DNA from: Alphaproteobacteria bacterium
Lineage (GTDB): Bacteria; Pseudomonadota; Alphaproteobacteria; SP197
Direction of reading: 5' to 3'
Assembly (NCBI GenBank): GCA_965228895.1
Contig: OZ245842.1
Location: 5,184,001 to 5,248,000 of the forward strand
DNA length: 64,000 bases
Shown here in pieces: positions 37,855 through 49,173 of the stretch (the stretch's first letter is position 1; each line of letters begins with the position of its first letter). The position numbers and the translations under genes are program-made. The notes beneath the pieces are model-generated. The model saw only the letters and a program-made list of their open reading frames with translations, did no database searches and had not been told where the DNA came from.

Positions 37855-38829
37855 ATGGTGGAAGACCGCGGCGATTTCACATTCAGGGCGCCATCGCTCT
37901 ATGGCACCGCTGACGACATCACCTATGCCGGCGCTCTGTCGTTTCTCAGGCGCCGCTACACGCGCGATCTGGCGGGTGTTGATGTCGTTGTCTCCGGCAT
38001 TCCCTACGATCTCGGCACGTCGAACCGGCCGGGCAGCCGGTTCGGGCCGCGCGCTATCCGTCAGGCGTCAACCCACATCGCCTGGGGGCCGCAATGGCCC
38101 TATGACTTCGACCCGCTGCATCGTCTCGCCGTCATCGACTGGGGCGATCATGCCTTCGACATCGGCTATCCCGAGCGCATGACGACATCGGTCGAGACGA
38201 GCACGCTAGGTTTTTTCAAGGCCGGCTGCTTCCCGATGACCATGGGTGGCGATCATTTCGTCACCTATCCGCTGTTGCGCGCCGCCGCCAAGCACCACGG
38301 CGAGGGTCTGTCGCTGATTCATTTCGACGCTCATACCGACACGTCGCGCACCGACAACCTGAACCACGGCTCGATGTTCTATCACGGGACCAAGGAGGGG
38401 CTGATCGATCCCGCGCGCTCGATCCACATGGGGATCCGCATGCATGTCAGCTACGACGACGGCTTCAACGTCATCGACGGCTGGCAGATGCAGCAGCGTT
38501 CTGTCGACGACATCGGTGCTCAGATCCGCGACGTCGTGGGCGACAACAAGGCCTATGTCACCTTTGATATCGATTTCCTGGACCCCGCCTACGCGCCGGG
38601 CACCGGGACGCCGGTCGTCGGCGGCCCGACCACGACCGTGGCGCTTGATGTGCTGAGGCACCTTCAGGGCCTTGATCTCATCGGCATGGATCTGGTCGAG
38701 GTCGCGCCGGAATACGATGTCGGCGAATGCACCTCGCTGGCCGGCGCGTCGATCCTGTACCAGATGCTCCACGTCCTGGCCCAAGACCGGCCGGTCATGA
38801 TCGAGCCCGATGGCGAGGGTGGCGGCTGA
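37855..38829 (+). CDS. speB: Agmatinase / ureohydrolase
   Basis: RPGSRFGP, GGDH, HFDAHTD, TFDIDFLDPAYAPGTGTP, DLVEVAP. Confidence 0.88.
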   Translation: MVEDRGDFTFRAPSLYGTADDITYAGALSFLRRRYTRDLAGVDVVVSGIPYDLGTSNRPGSRFGPRAIRQASTHIAWGPQWPYDFDPLHRLAVIDWGDHAFDIGYPERMTTSVETSTLGFFKAGCFPMTMGGDHFVTYPLLRAAAKHHGEGLSLIHFDAHTDTSRTDNLNHGSMFYHGTKEGLIDPARSIHMGIRMHVSYDDGFNVIDGWQMQQRSVDDIGAQIRDVVGDNKAYVTFDIDFLDPAYAPGTGTPVVGGPTTTVALDVLRHLQGLDLIGMDLVEVAPEYDVGECTSLAGASILYQMLHVLAQDRPVMIEPDGEGGG

Positions 38830-38903
38830 TCGGCGAAAACAATATAGCAATAATTTGCTTTTCAAATTAGCTTGGTCCGACCGACTCAAGAAGGAGACCA
38901 GCC

Positions 38904-39590
38904 ATGATCCACACGGCTCTTGTCACCGGCGCCAATCGTGGAATCGGTTTTGAGATCTGCCGTCAGCTTGGCGCGGCCGGCCACAAGGTGGTCCTGGGCG
39001 CACGCGATCCCAGCCAGGGTGACGCAGCGGCCCAGGAGCTTCGCGATCAAGGTCACGATGTCACGGCGGTGGCGCTGGACGTGGCCGATGAGGCGTCGGT
39101 GGAAGCCTGTGCCTCGGCCCTGACGGCCCAAGGGGCCGAGGTCGACATTCTGATCAACAATGCGGGATTTCTGGCAGAGGGCGACCTGCTCACCGGTCCC
39201 CACGCGATGGAGGAGGCGATTGCCGTCAACCTGATGGGACCGCTCAGGACGGCGCGCGCCTTCATGCCGGCCATGGAGAAACGCGGTTGGGGGCGCGTCG
39301 TCAACGTTTCGTCGGCCTGGGGGTCGTTCGCCCGGGACCTGGAGGGTCCGGCCGCCTATGCCATCACCAAGGCCGCGCTGAACGCGCTGACCGTGCGTCT
39401 GGCGCGCGAGGCCGGCAACGGCGTCAAGGTCAACAGCATCGATCCGGGCTGGGTGCAAACCCGCATGGGCGGCGCGGATGCCCATCGCACGGTCGAGCAG
39501 GGTGCCGATACCGCGGTCTGGCTCGCCACGCTTCCCGATGACGGCCCGACCGGCGGGTTTTTCCACGACCGCAAGCCGGCCGCGTGGTGA
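38904..39590 (+). CDS. SDR family oxidoreductase
   Basis: TGANRGIG, NNAG, YAITK, PGWVQT. Confidence 0.92.
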   Translation: MIHTALVTGANRGIGFEICRQLGAAGHKVVLGARDPSQGDAAAQELRDQGHDVTAVALDVADEASVEACASALTAQGAEVDILINNAGFLAEGDLLTGPHAMEEAIAVNLMGPLRTARAFMPAMEKRGWGRVVNVSSAWGSFARDLEGPAAYAITKAALNALTVRLAREAGNGVKVNSIDPGWVQTRMGGADAHRTVEQGADTAVWLATLPDDGPTGGFFHDRKPAAW

Positions 39591-39637
39591 TGGCCGCGCT
39601 GTGCTAGACTAAGCCGGCATTTGGAGGATGGAGAGCC

Positions 39638-40216
39638 ATGAACAAGGTGAGCTTCGCGCACATGGCCGACGGCACGGCCGAGGACTACCAAATCATTGCC
39701 GAGGCGACGGCCAAATCGAGCGAGCCCCTGGCCGACGATCTCCTGGCGCTGCTCCAGGTCAACGAGCGCGTCGACTTCGGTTTCAAGGTGACGCGTCTGG
39801 AACATGCGTTGCAGGCAGCCACCCACGCCTTCCAAGACAATCAAGACGAGGAGATGGTGGTCGCGGCACTGATGCACGATATCGCCGACACCATCGCGCC
39901 GTTCAACCATGCGGAGACGGCCGCGGCTATCCTCAGGCCCTATGTCTCCGAACGCACGGCCTGGGTCGTCGAGCAGCACGGCTTCTTCCAGACCTATTAC
40001 TACAACCACTTCTTCGACCGTGACCGCAACGCGCGCGACTGCCTGAAAGGCCACCCGCACTTTCAGGCCTGCGTCGACTTCTGCGAGAAATACGATCAGA
40101 ACGCGTTCGATCCGAACTTCCAATCGATGCCACTCGAATCATTCGAGCCGATGGTCCGGCGCGTCTTCGCACGCACACCCGACTTCTTCGCCGACGCCAA
40201 CAACAGCGCGGCCTGA
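39638..40216 (+). CDS. HD domain protein (phosphohydrolase or PhnZ-like oxygenase)
   Basis: EHALQAAT, AALMHDI, NH, QH, YDQ. Confidence 0.85.
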   Translation: MNKVSFAHMADGTAEDYQIIAEATAKSSEPLADDLLALLQVNERVDFGFKVTRLEHALQAATHAFQDNQDEEMVVAALMHDIADTIAPFNHAETAAAILRPYVSERTAWVVEQHGFFQTYYYNHFFDRDRNARDCLKGHPHFQACVDFCEKYDQNAFDPNFQSMPLESFEPMVRRVFARTPDFFADANNSAA

Positions 40217-40276
40217 CGCACCAGCCGTGATCATGGCCCCGGATCAAGTCCGGAGCGCTGACCTACCAGGGGCGCG

Positions 40277-42217
40277 TCAGCGGTTCTGGCGGTTGTCGAC
40301 GAGGTCGTCGACGACGCCGGGATCGGCCAATGTTGACGTGTCGCCCAGATTGCCGAAATCGTTCTCGGCGATCTTGCGCAGAATGCGCCGCATGATCTTG
40401 CCCGATCGGGTCTTGGGCAGGCCCGGCGCCCATTGCAGCCAGTCGGGCGAGGCGATCGGGCCGATCTCCTTTCTGACCCACTGCACCAGTTCTTTCTGCA
40501 GGTCGTCGGTCGGGTCTTCGCCGACATTCAAGGTGACATAAGCGTAGATGCCCTGGCCCTTGATGTCGTGGGGCGCGCCGACCACGGCGGCTTCGGCGAC
40601 CTTGGGATGGGCGACCAGCGCGCTCTCGACTTCTGCCGTCCCCATGCGGTGACCGGAGACGTTCAACACATCGTCGACGCGGCCGGTGATCCAGTAATAG
40701 CCGTCATCGTCGCGGCGGGCGCCATCGCCGGTGAAATAGCGGCCGGGATAGGTCGCGAAATAGGTCTGAATGAACCGCTCGTGGTCGCCATAAACCGAGC
40801 GCATCTGGCCGGGCCACGAATCGAGGATGACCAGATTGCCTTCGCACGCGCCGACTTGCGCCTCGCCGTCGTTGTTGACGATCGCCGGTTTGACGCCGAA
40901 GAACGGGCGGGTTGCCGAGCCCGGTTTGAGTTTGGTTGCGCCGGGTAACGGCGTGATCAAGATGCCGCCGGTTTCCGTCTGCCACCAGGTGTCGACGATC
41001 GGGCAGCGGCCGTCGCCGACCACGCGGTGGTACCATTCCCAGGCTTCCGGATTGATCGGCTCACCCACGGAGCCAAGCAGACGCAAGGTCGCGCGGCTGG
41101 TCTTCGTGACGGGCTCGTCACCTTCGCGCATCAGCGCGCGGATGGCCGTCGGCGCGGTGTAGTAGATATTGACCTTGTGTTTGTCGATCACCTGCCAGTG
41201 GCGCGAAGCGTCGGGATAGTTCGGCACGCCTTCGAACATCAGCGTGGTCGCGCCGTTGGCGAGCGGCCCGTAGACGATGTAGCTGTGGCCGGTGACCCAG
41301 CCGACATCGGCGGTGCACCAGTAGATATCGCCATCGTGATAATCGAAGACGTACTGATGCGTCATCGACGCATAGACGATGTAGCCGCCGGTGGTGTGCA
41401 GGACGCCCTTCGGCTTGCCGGTCGAGCCCGAGGTATAAAGGATGAAAAGCGGGTCTTCCGCATTCATGACCTCCGCCGCGCATTCGGCATCGACGCGCTC
41501 CTTGATGTCGTGCCACCAGTGATCGCGGCCGTCCATCATGCCGACATCGGCGCCGGTGCGCTTGACCACCAGCGTGTGCATCACCGACGGGCATGCCGTC
41601 AATGCCTCATCGACATTGGCCTTCAGCGCCACCTTGCGGCCGCCGCGCAGGCCCTCGTCGGCGGTGATGACGATGTTGGAATCGCAGTCCTGAATGCGGT
41701 TGGCGAGCGAATCCGGCGAGAAGCCGCCGAACACCACCGAATGGATCGCGCCGATGCGCGTGCAGGCCAGCATGGCATAGGCGGCCTCCGGGATCATCGG
41801 CATGTAGATCGTGATCCGGTCGTCCTTTTTCGCACCCATCTTGGTGAGCGCGTTGGCCATGCGGCAGGTTTCCTCGAACACCTCGCGGTAGGAGATGTAG
41901 CGGGCGTCTTCGTTGGGATCGTCCGGCTCCCAGATGATCGCGGTCTGGTTGGCGCGGTTGGCGAGATGGCGGTCCAGGCAGTTGGCCGAGACATTCAGCT
42001 TGCCGTCCTCGAACCACTTGATCGAGACGTCGCCGTCATAGCTCGTGTTCTTGACCTTGGTGTAGGGCTCAATCCAGTGGACGCGCTCACCGTGTTCGCG
42101 CCAGAACCCCTCGGGATCATCGATCGACCGCTGGTACATCTGCAGATATTTGTCGTTGTCGACCCAGGCGTGTTTCGCCCATGCGTCGGCTACCGGGTAG
42201 ACGTGCTCCTCGGTCAT
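40277..42217 (-). CDS. acs: Acetyl-CoA synthetase
   Basis: [37 protein letters not shown]. Confidence 0.97.
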   Translation of the reverse strand: MTEEHVYPVADAWAKHAWVDNDKYLQMYQRSIDDPEGFWREHGERVHWIEPYTKVKNTSYDGDVSIKWFEDGKLNVSANCLDRHLANRANQTAIIWEPDDPNEDARYISYREVFEETCRMANALTKMGAKKDDRITIYMPMIPEAAYAMLACTRIGAIHSVVFGGFSPDSLANRIQDCDSNIVITADEGLRGGRKVALKANVDEALTACPSVMHTLVVKRTGADVGMMDGRDHWWHDIKERVDAECAAEVMNAEDPLFILYTSGSTGKPKGVLHTTGGYIVYASMTHQYVFDYHDGDIYWCTADVGWVTGHSYIVYGPLANGATTLMFEGVPNYPDASRHWQVIDKHKVNIYYTAPTAIRALMREGDEPVTKTSRATLRLLGSVGEPINPEAWEWYHRVVGDGRCPIVDTWWQTETGGILITPLPGATKLKPGSATRPFFGVKPAIVNNDGEAQVGACEGNLVILDSWPGQMRSVYGDHERFIQTYFATYPGRYFTGDGARRDDDGYYWITGRVDDVLNVSGHRMGTAEVESALVAHPKVAEAAVVGAPHDIKGQGIYAYVTLNVGEDPTDDLQKELVQWVRKEIGPIASPDWLQWAPGLPKTRSGKIMRRILRKIAENDFGNLGDTSTLADPGVVDDLVDNRQNR

Positions 42218-42363
42218 GCTGCGATCCTCCCTCAAACGGCGTGTTGACCTGCCGTATACACGATTCGTCCTGGCATTGTTGCCACAATGGACGGCGCGGG
42301 CAAGAATCCGCGGCCCCACGACTCACCCCAACAGCCGCCCGATCCGGGCAGGAGTTTCATGCG

Positions 42364-43110
42364 ATGCAGCTTCATTTGAGTACCTGGCAAGAAGTCGAGA
42401 CCTACCTCAAGCGATCGACCGGCATTGTCCTGCCCATCGGCTCGACCGAACAGCATGGTCCCAACGGGCTTGTCGGTACCGATGCGATCTGCCCCGAGGT
42501 GGTCGCCAAGGGCCTTGGTGAGGCGGCTGACGCCATGGTGGCGCCGACCATCAGTGTCGGCATCGCCCAGCATCACCTGGGCTTCGCGGGCTCCATGTGC
42601 CTGCGGCCGTCCACTTTGATCGCTGTCATGCGCGACTACGTGATGTCGCTCGCCAAACACGGCTTCGACCGGTTCTTCTTTCTGAACGGCCACGGCGGCA
42701 ACATCGCGACCATCCACGCCGGGTTCGCGGAAATCCATTCCGACATCAGTCTGGAGGCGTGGCAGAGCAATCGGCCGATCCGCTGTGCGTCGAAAAACTG
42801 GTGGGACGGCGAGGGCGTCAGCAAGCTGGGCGAGGAACTCTATGGCGACGACGAGGGTCAGCACGCGACCTGCAGCGAGGTGTCGCTGACGCAATTCGCC
42901 TATCCCGACTCGATCAAGAACGTGAACTTTGAATCCCGCGCGCCAGCCTATAGCGGCATTCATGACGCCGATGACTACCGGCAGCGCTACCCGGACGGCC
43001 GCATCGGCAGCCTGCCCTCGCTCTCGACGCCGGAACACGGGCGCCAGTTCTACGAACTCGCAGTCGAAGATCTGGCCGTGTCGTATCAGAAGTTTCTCGA
43101 CGAAGCGTGA
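42364..43110 (+). CDS. Creatininase family amidohydrolase
   Basis: PIGSTEQHGP..GTD, NGHGGN, HA..SE. Confidence 0.9.
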   Translation: MQLHLSTWQEVETYLKRSTGIVLPIGSTEQHGPNGLVGTDAICPEVVAKGLGEAADAMVAPTISVGIAQHHLGFAGSMCLRPSTLIAVMRDYVMSLAKHGFDRFFFLNGHGGNIATIHAGFAEIHSDISLEAWQSNRPIRCASKNWWDGEGVSKLGEELYGDDEGQHATCSEVSLTQFAYPDSIKNVNFESRAPAYSGIHDADDYRQRYPDGRIGSLPSLSTPEHGRQFYELAVEDLAVSYQKFLDEA

Positions 43111-43162
43111 GTGACCCGGCCGTGTCCCCGACCCTGCCAGCCACAAGAATGGAGAGAGCGCC

Positions 43163-43864
43163 ATGTTGACCCGACGTCATATCTGTTGCGGCCTGCCTGT
43201 GGCCGCTGCCGCCTCGACCCTGGCCCAACCTGTTTATGCGAGCGCCGCTGAGCCTCTTGCATCGGACGATAGTGCATCGCTGACGCCGGCCGACGTTCTC
43301 GCGGAGCTGAAAGCTGGCAACCAGCGTTTTGTCGCAGGCGACGTGCGCAAATGCGATCCCATGAGCCGCATCATCGCGACATCGGAAGGTCAGAACCCCA
43401 CGGCCTCCGTCATTGGTTGCATCGATTCCCGGGTGCCGCACGAGCAGGTTTTCGATCAGCGCATCGGCGACATCTTCAGCGCGCGCATTGCCGGCAACTT
43501 CGTGAATGTCGACATGGCCGGCAGCCTGGAGTTCGCGACCGCGATCGCCGGCGCCAAGCTCGTCGTTGTGCTCGGCCACAACAACTGCGGTGCGGTTAAG
43601 GGCGCCATCGACGGCGTGCAGTTGGGCAACCTCACGGCGACCTTGACCAACATCATGCCGGCGGTTGCCGAAATCGACCCCGACTACAGCGGTAGCTCAT
43701 CCGATGCCGCGCTCGTGCAGGACGTGGCGGTGGCCAACGTGAAACTCAACGTCGCGAAGTTGCTGCGCGACAGCGAGGTCATCCGTGACCTCGCCGAGAG
43801 CGGTGATCTCATGGTTGTCGGCGCCATGTACGACATCTCAACCGGCGTCGTCTCGTTCATGTGA
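43163..43864 (+). CDS. Beta-class carbonic anhydrase, Tat-exported
   Basis: TRR signal, CIDSR, RIAGN, GHNNCGAV. Confidence 0.92.
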   Translation: MLTRRHICCGLPVAAAASTLAQPVYASAAEPLASDDSASLTPADVLAELKAGNQRFVAGDVRKCDPMSRIIATSEGQNPTASVIGCIDSRVPHEQVFDQRIGDIFSARIAGNFVNVDMAGSLEFATAIAGAKLVVVLGHNNCGAVKGAIDGVQLGNLTATLTNIMPAVAEIDPDYSGSSSDAALVQDVAVANVKLNVAKLLRDSEVIRDLAESGDLMVVGAMYDISTGVVSFM

Positions 43865-43936
43865 TGCGATGCGGCACGGGGTTATGAAACGCGCGGCAAA
43901 CGTTCTAAGGTCGCGGCCGACACATAGGGAGGGCCC

Positions 43937-45490
43937 ATGAACGGAGCCGAAAGTCTGGTGCGTACGCTGGTCGAGGGCGACGTCGACGTTTGTTTCACCA
44001 ACCCCGGCACGTCGGAGATGCATTTCTGCGCCGCGCTCGACAAGGTCGACGGCATGCGCTGCATCCTCGGCCTGTTCGAAGGTGTTGTGACCGGGGCGGC
44101 CGACGGTTACGGCCGCATGTTGGACAAGCCGGCGGCGACGCTGCTGCACACCGGTCCCGGTCTCGGCAACGGTCTGGCCAACCTGCATAACGCGAAAAAG
44201 GCGAACACGCCGATCGTCAACATCGTCGGCGAACACGCGACCTATCATATCGAGCACGACGCGCCTTTGACCGCCGATATCGAGGGCATCGCCTGGCCGG
44301 TCTCCCATTGGGTCAAGACATCCAGCGACGCGCCATCGGTCGCCGTCGACGGCGCCCAGGCGATCGCCGAGGCGTCCGCGGCGCCGGGCCGTATCGCGAC
44401 ACTGATCCTGCCGGCCGATACCGCCTGGAACGACGCCAAGGGACCGGCGGCTGTGCCGGAGGTCCTGCCGCCCGAGCCTGTCGACGAGGGCACCATCCGC
44501 AACTGCGCGGACATTCTGCGCTCCGGTGAGCCCGTCATGTTGAAGCTTGGTGGCAAGGCGCTGCGCGCGGATGCGCTCGCGATGGCAAACCGGATCGCCC
44601 AGAAAACCGGTGCTCAAATGCGCACGGAGTTCGGCGCCGCCCGGTGTGAACGCGGCGCCGGGCGGGTTGCCGTGGAACGCATGCCTTACATCGTCGATCA
44701 GGCGCTCGGCGTCACCAACGACATCAAACACATGATCGTCGTCGGCACCAAGAAGCCGGTCGCGTTTTTTGCCTATCCCGGCAAACCAAGCCTGCTCTAC
44801 CCCGAGACCTGCCAGGTCCACACGCTCGCCACGGTCGATCAGGATATTGCGGGCGCGCTGGCCTGGCTCGCCGACGAGCTTGGCGCGGGCGATCTCGATC
44901 CTCTACTGGAACAGCCGGATAAACCGGACCTGATGTCCGGCGACCTGACCTTGGAATCGATCGGTGCGGCGATCGGCCACCTGCTGCCCGACGGCTGCAT
45001 CGTCTCCGACGAGGCGATCACGTCGGGCCGCCATCTGCATCCGCTGACCCGTGGCGCGCCGCCGCACGACTGGTTGTTCGGCACCGGCGGCTCGATCGGC
45101 CGCGGTCTGCCCGAAGCCACCGGCGCCGCTATTGCCTGTCCCGACCGCAAGGTGCTGTCACTGACCGGCGACGGCAGCGCGATGTACACCATTCAGGCCT
45201 TGTGGACCCAGGCTCGCGAGAATTGCGACGTCACCACAGTCATCTTCAACAATGGCGGTTACGCCATCCTGCACGGTGAGCTGTTGAACGTCGGCGCCAA
45301 TCCAGGACCCAAGGCGCATGACATGTTCGACCTGGACCGGCCATCGATCGACTGGGTCGCCATGGCCGCCAGCATGGGTGTCGAGGGCGTGCGCGCCGAG
45401 ACGACCGAACAGTTCAACCGCGCGCTTGCCGCGGCGCTCTCGAACGACGGTCCCAATCTGATCGACGCGGTCCTGCCGGGTGCAGCCTGA
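43937..45490 (+). CDS. ThDP-dependent acetolactate synthase large subunit-like enzyme
   Basis: NPGTSEMH, LFEG..TGAADGY, GDGSAMY..N ThDP motif. Confidence 0.9.
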   Translation: MNGAESLVRTLVEGDVDVCFTNPGTSEMHFCAALDKVDGMRCILGLFEGVVTGAADGYGRMLDKPAATLLHTGPGLGNGLANLHNAKKANTPIVNIVGEHATYHIEHDAPLTADIEGIAWPVSHWVKTSSDAPSVAVDGAQAIAEASAAPGRIATLILPADTAWNDAKGPAAVPEVLPPEPVDEGTIRNCADILRSGEPVMLKLGGKALRADALAMANRIAQKTGAQMRTEFGAARCERGAGRVAVERMPYIVDQALGVTNDIKHMIVVGTKKPVAFFAYPGKPSLLYPETCQVHTLATVDQDIAGALAWLADELGAGDLDPLLEQPDKPDLMSGDLTLESIGAAIGHLLPDGCIVSDEAITSGRHLHPLTRGAPPHDWLFGTGGSIGRGLPEATGAAIACPDRKVLSLTGDGSAMYTIQALWTQARENCDVTTVIFNNGGYAILHGELLNVGANPGPKAHDMFDLDRPSIDWVAMAASMGVEGVRAETTEQFNRALAAALSNDGPNLIDAVLPGAA

Positions 45491-45494
45491 GATC

Positions 45495-46268
45495 GTGAGC
45501 CACGACAACGAATACCACGATGCGATGATCGCGGTCCTGGAGCTGGTCTGGGGCGAGGGGTTCATGGCGCCGGGCGGCAAGGGCAATGTCGACCGCATGG
45601 TCGAAGGCTTCGACCTCGACGGCAAACGGGTGCTGGATATCGGCTGCGGTATCGGCGGTCCGGCGATCGTTCTGGCGCGCGACCACGGCGCCCATGTGAC
45701 CGGCACCGATCTTGAAGCGCCGCTCGTCGCGAAAGCCAAGGCCTATGGCAACGCGGCCGGTCTTGACGACAAGCTCGACTTCCAGGTGGTGGAAGCCGGC
45801 CCCTTGCCGTTTGACCACGGCAGTTTTGACATCGTGTTCAGTTCCGGCGCGTTCACCCAGATCGAGGACAAGGAGAGCATGTTCTCCGAATGCTTGCGTG
45901 TCCTCAATCCGGGCGGCTGGGTCACCGTCTACGACTGGCTGAAGTCGCCGGGCGAGTATAGCGACGCCATGCGCTACTGGTTCAAGATGGAGGGCCTGAC
46001 CTATGCCATGCGCACCCTCGAGAAATACCGCGAGGTGTTGCAGGGCGCCGGTCTCGTCGATGTCGTCGTCGAGGACGCATCGCCGTGGTATCGCCAGGAA
46101 GTCCGCCAGGAATACGAAAAGCTCAAGGGCCCGTTCTACGACCGTATGGTCGAGCTGATCGGCAAGGACGACGCCGACTACTTTGTCGAAAACTGGCGCG
46201 CCATGATGACAGTCTGCGAATCCGGCGAGATGCTCCAGGGTTACAGCCGCGGCCGTAAGCCGGGCTGA
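45495..46268 (+). CDS. SAM-dependent N-methyltransferase (sarcosine/phosphoethanolamine MTase-like)
   Basis: LVWGEGFMAPGG, VLDIGCGIGG, VLNPGG. Start is GTG 45495 or 45480. Confidence 0.85.
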   Translation: MSHDNEYHDAMIAVLELVWGEGFMAPGGKGNVDRMVEGFDLDGKRVLDIGCGIGGPAIVLARDHGAHVTGTDLEAPLVAKAKAYGNAAGLDDKLDFQVVEAGPLPFDHGSFDIVFSSGAFTQIEDKESMFSECLRVLNPGGWVTVYDWLKSPGEYSDAMRYWFKMEGLTYAMRTLEKYREVLQGAGLVDVVVEDASPWYRQEVRQEYEKLKGPFYDRMVELIGKDDADYFVENWRAMMTVCESGEMLQGYSRGRKPG

Positions 46269-46277
46269 ACAAGGCTG

Positions 46278-46694
46278 TTAGGCCTTGATGCCGCACATTT
46301 GGCACAGGTCCTTCCAGTGCTGGTCGGAGACCGGCACGACCGAGAGGCGCGACTGGCGCACCAGGGCCAGATCGTCGAAACGGCCGTCCTGCTTGATCTC
46401 TTTCAGCGTCACCCGGTTCTTGACCGGCTTCAGCGGTTTGACATCGACGACGACCCAACTGGTGTCCGGCTCCGCCGTCGGGTCGTGATAGGCCTCCTTG
46501 GTCACCTGCATGACGCCGACGATCGCCTTCTGATCGACCGAGTGATAGAAAAACGCGCGGTCGCCCTTCTTCATCTTGCGGATATTGGCGGCGGCCTGGT
46601 GGTTGCGCACGCCGTCCCAATAGGTCTCGCCTTCTTTGACAAAGTCATCCCAGCTCCATTCGCTGGGTTCTTGTTTCAAAAGCCAATAGGCCAT
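46278..46694 (-). CDS. EVE domain protein
   Basis: YWLLKQEP, WDGVRNHQA, FFYHS, SRLSV. Confidence 0.93.
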   Translation of the reverse strand: MAYWLLKQEPSEWSWDDFVKEGETYWDGVRNHQAAANIRKMKKGDRAFFYHSVDQKAIVGVMQVTKEAYHDPTAEPDTSWVVVDVKPLKPVKNRVTLKEIKQDGRFDDLALVRQSRLSVVPVSDQHWKDLCQMCGIKA

Positions 46695-46707
46695 GACGCG
46701 GCCCTCC

Positions 46708-47001
46708 CTAGCTGACGTCAGTGGTGCCGAGCACGGCCTTCCAGGGTCGGATCTCGACCCGCTCGAAGACACCGTTGATGGCATAGGGGTCCTGGGCCGC
46801 CCATGCCTTGGCGGCGTCGAGATCGTCGGCCTCGATGACCAGCATGGAACCGATCATGGCTTGGCCGTCATCGCCCAGAAGCGGTCCGCCGAGTCGGATC
46901 ATCGCGGCGTGTTCGCCGGCAAACGCCAAATGTGCGTCGCGGTTGGCAAGCCGCGCCGACCCGTCACCGGCCTTGTCGATCGCGTGTATGACAAAAAGCA
47001 T
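46708..47001 (-). CDS. YciI family protein
   Basis: R..HL, GGPLL, GSMLVI, DPY. Confidence 0.9.
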   Translation of the reverse strand: MLFVIHAIDKAGDGSARLANRDAHLAFAGEHAAMIRLGGPLLGDDGQAMIGSMLVIEADDLDAAKAWAAQDPYAINGVFERVEIRPWKAVLGTTDVS

Positions 47002-47018
47002 GATCGTCTTCCTTTGTT

Positions 47019-48032
47019 TCAACGCTTGTTGGCGGCGACCCCATCAAACTCCGCGCCGGACGGACGCATCATCAAGTTGCCGGCGGCGTCGTCAACCGTC
47101 AGCCGGCCCGCCAGCACGTCGTCGACGGCCGAGCAGATCGGCATTTCGATGCCGTGGCGCTTGGCAAGCGCCAGGACCGCCGGCGCCGCCACCGCGCCTT
47201 CCACGACACTTGCCCGCCCGGCCATGATGTCGGCGAAACTCTCGCCCCGGCCAAGCGCCAAGCCGGTCGAATAGTTGCGCGACTTTTCGCCGGTCGCGGT
47301 CAAGACGAGATCGCCCAGGCCGCTCAAGCCCATCAGCGTTTCCTGGCGCCCGCCGAGCGCCATGCCGAGGCGCACCATTTCGGCCAGACCGCGGCTGATC
47401 AAGGCCGCGCGCGCGTTGTCGCCCAGGCCTCGGCCCATGGCGATACCGCAGGCGATCGCGATGACGTTCTTGACCGCGCCGCCGATCTCGATGCCGTCGA
47501 GATCGTCGCTTTGGTAGATACGGAAGTTGGGCGACGTCAGCGCATCGGCGAGAATCACCGGCACGTCGTCCGCGCCGGCAACCGTCACGGCAGTCGGCAG
47601 GTCGCGCGCGACATCGGCGGCGAAAGATGGCCCGCTCAACGCTGCGATCCGCGCCTCCGGCAGTTCGTCGGCGGCAATGCCGGTCATCAGCTCGCCGGTC
47701 GCCAACTCGATGCCCTTTGTGCAGACGCAGGCGATGGCGCCGGGCTTCAAGGTCTTGGCGAGGTCATGGGCGACGGTGCGGAAGTGGGCCGACGGCATGA
47801 CCAGCAGGACAATGGCGCGATCGGCCAGTCCGCTTAGGTCGGCGGTCGCCCGGATGGCGGGATCGAGCGCGATGCCCGGAAGAAAGACGGGGTTGTCGTG
47901 GTCGGCATTGATGGACGCGACGGTCTCCGCCTCATGGGCCCATAGAAGGACGTCGCAGCCGGCGCGCCGCGCGTTGATGGCAAGGGCGGTACCCCAGGCG
48001 CCACCACCGACGATGCCGACCGATCCCGTCAT
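47019..48032 (-). CDS. gpsA: NAD(P)H-dependent glycerol-3-phosphate dehydrogenase
   Basis: [44 protein letters not shown]. Confidence 0.96.
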   Translation of the reverse strand: MTGSVGIVGGGAWGTALAINARRAGCDVLLWAHEAETVASINADHDNPVFLPGIALDPAIRATADLSGLADRAIVLLVMPSAHFRTVAHDLAKTLKPGAIACVCTKGIELATGELMTGIAADELPEARIAALSGPSFAADVARDLPTAVTVAGADDVPVILADALTSPNFRIYQSDDLDGIEIGGAVKNVIAIACGIAMGRGLGDNARAALISRGLAEMVRLGMALGGRQETLMGLSGLGDLVLTATGEKSRNYSTGLALGRGESFADIMAGRASVVEGAVAAPAVLALAKRHGIEMPICSAVDDVLAGRLTVDDAAGNLMMRPSGAEFDGVAANKR

Positions 48033-49078
48033 GCCTTGGCTCCTGCGGATGCCCGAGCCGCCTCGGGGTCGAGCGGCCAGCGGGCCCGCGCCGGGATGTC
48101 GAGCGCATCCGTTTCGCCCAAACGAAAACGCTCCAGACCGGCCCAGGCGATCATGACCGCGTTGTCGGTGCAGAGCCGCGGCGGTGGCGCCACCAGTGTC
48201 ATAGCGTGCGTCTCCGCGGTCACCTCCAGAGCCTGGCGCAGCGCCTTGTTGGCGGCGACCCCGCCGGCGACGACCAGGGTGGACGCCCCTGGATGGACAG
48301 CGTGAAACATCGTGATCGCGTTGGCCGTCCGGTCGGAGATCGTGTCGACCACCGCTTGCTGGAACGAGGCGGCGAGGTCGGCGCGATCGCCATCGTTCAT
48401 GGGCTCTTGGGCCTCCATGACATGGCGCACGGCGGTCTTCAGGCCGGAAAACGAGAAATCGCAGCCGTCGCGTCCAAGCATCGGGCGCGGCAGAGAAAAA
48501 CGTGCGGAATCAGCAGTTTGAGCGGCTCTCTCGACCGCCGGGCCGCCGGGAAACCCCAGCCCCAACAGCTTGGCTGTCTTGTCGAAGGCCTCGCCGACCG
48601 CATCATCGACCGTTGTGCCCAGGCGCTGGTAACGGCCGACGCCGTCGACGATCAAAAGCTGGCAATGGCCGCCGGAAATCAGCAGCAGCAGGTAAGGAAA
48701 GTCAACGCCGTCGGTCAGGCGGGCGGTCAGCGCGTGACCTTCCAGATGGTTGACGGCGACCAGCGGCAAACGGTGGGCCGCGGCGATCGCCTTGGCCTCC
48801 ATCAGACCGACGATGACGCCGCCGACAAGACCCGGGCCGGCGGTGACGGCGATAGCGTCAAGGTCGGACCAAGCCAGATTCGCTTCGTCCATCGCACGGC
48901 GGATCAGCGGGTCCAGGTGATCGATATGGCTGCGCGCGGCGATCTCCGGCACGACGCCGCCATAGGGAGCATGCTCGGCGATCTGCGACAACACGAGGTC
49001 GGCCAGGATATCGCCGTCGCCATTCACGACCGCGACGGCTGTCTCGTCGCAGCTTGTCTCAATACCCAACATGTTCAT
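48029..49078 (-). CDS. tsaD: tRNA threonylcarbamoyltransferase subunit TsaD
   Basis: [43 protein letters not shown]. Confidence 0.97.
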   Translation of the reverse strand: MNMLGIETSCDETAVAVVNGDGDILADLVLSQIAEHAPYGGVVPEIAARSHIDHLDPLIRRAMDEANLAWSDLDAIAVTAGPGLVGGVIVGLMEAKAIAAAHRLPLVAVNHLEGHALTARLTDGVDFPYLLLLISGGHCQLLIVDGVGRYQRLGTTVDDAVGEAFDKTAKLLGLGFPGGPAVERAAQTADSARFSLPRPMLGRDGCDFSFSGLKTAVRHVMEAQEPMNDGDRADLAASFQQAVVDTISDRTANAITMFHAVHPGASTLVVAGGVAANKALRQALEVTAETHAMTLVAPPPRLCTDNAVMIAWAGLERFRLGETDALDIPARARWPLDPEAARASAGAKA

Positions 49079-49173
49079 GGCGCCAATGTAGGGTGCTGGC
49101 CCTGCCTTGCCTACCGCCAGCACGCGATCTGCGGTGTCGACACGGCCCCGACATCGTCCTAAAGCATGCCGCC

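Noticed and set aside
38846-38859. AGCAA-TAAT-TTGCT palindrome in an AT-rich spacer before the SDR gene
   Set aside because: Only 5-bp arms and no adjacent regulator; too weak to call.
46278-46694. EVE domain as a modification-dependent defence component
   Set aside because: Standalone EVE in its usual yciI-gpsA-tsaD housekeeping context with no nuclease partner.
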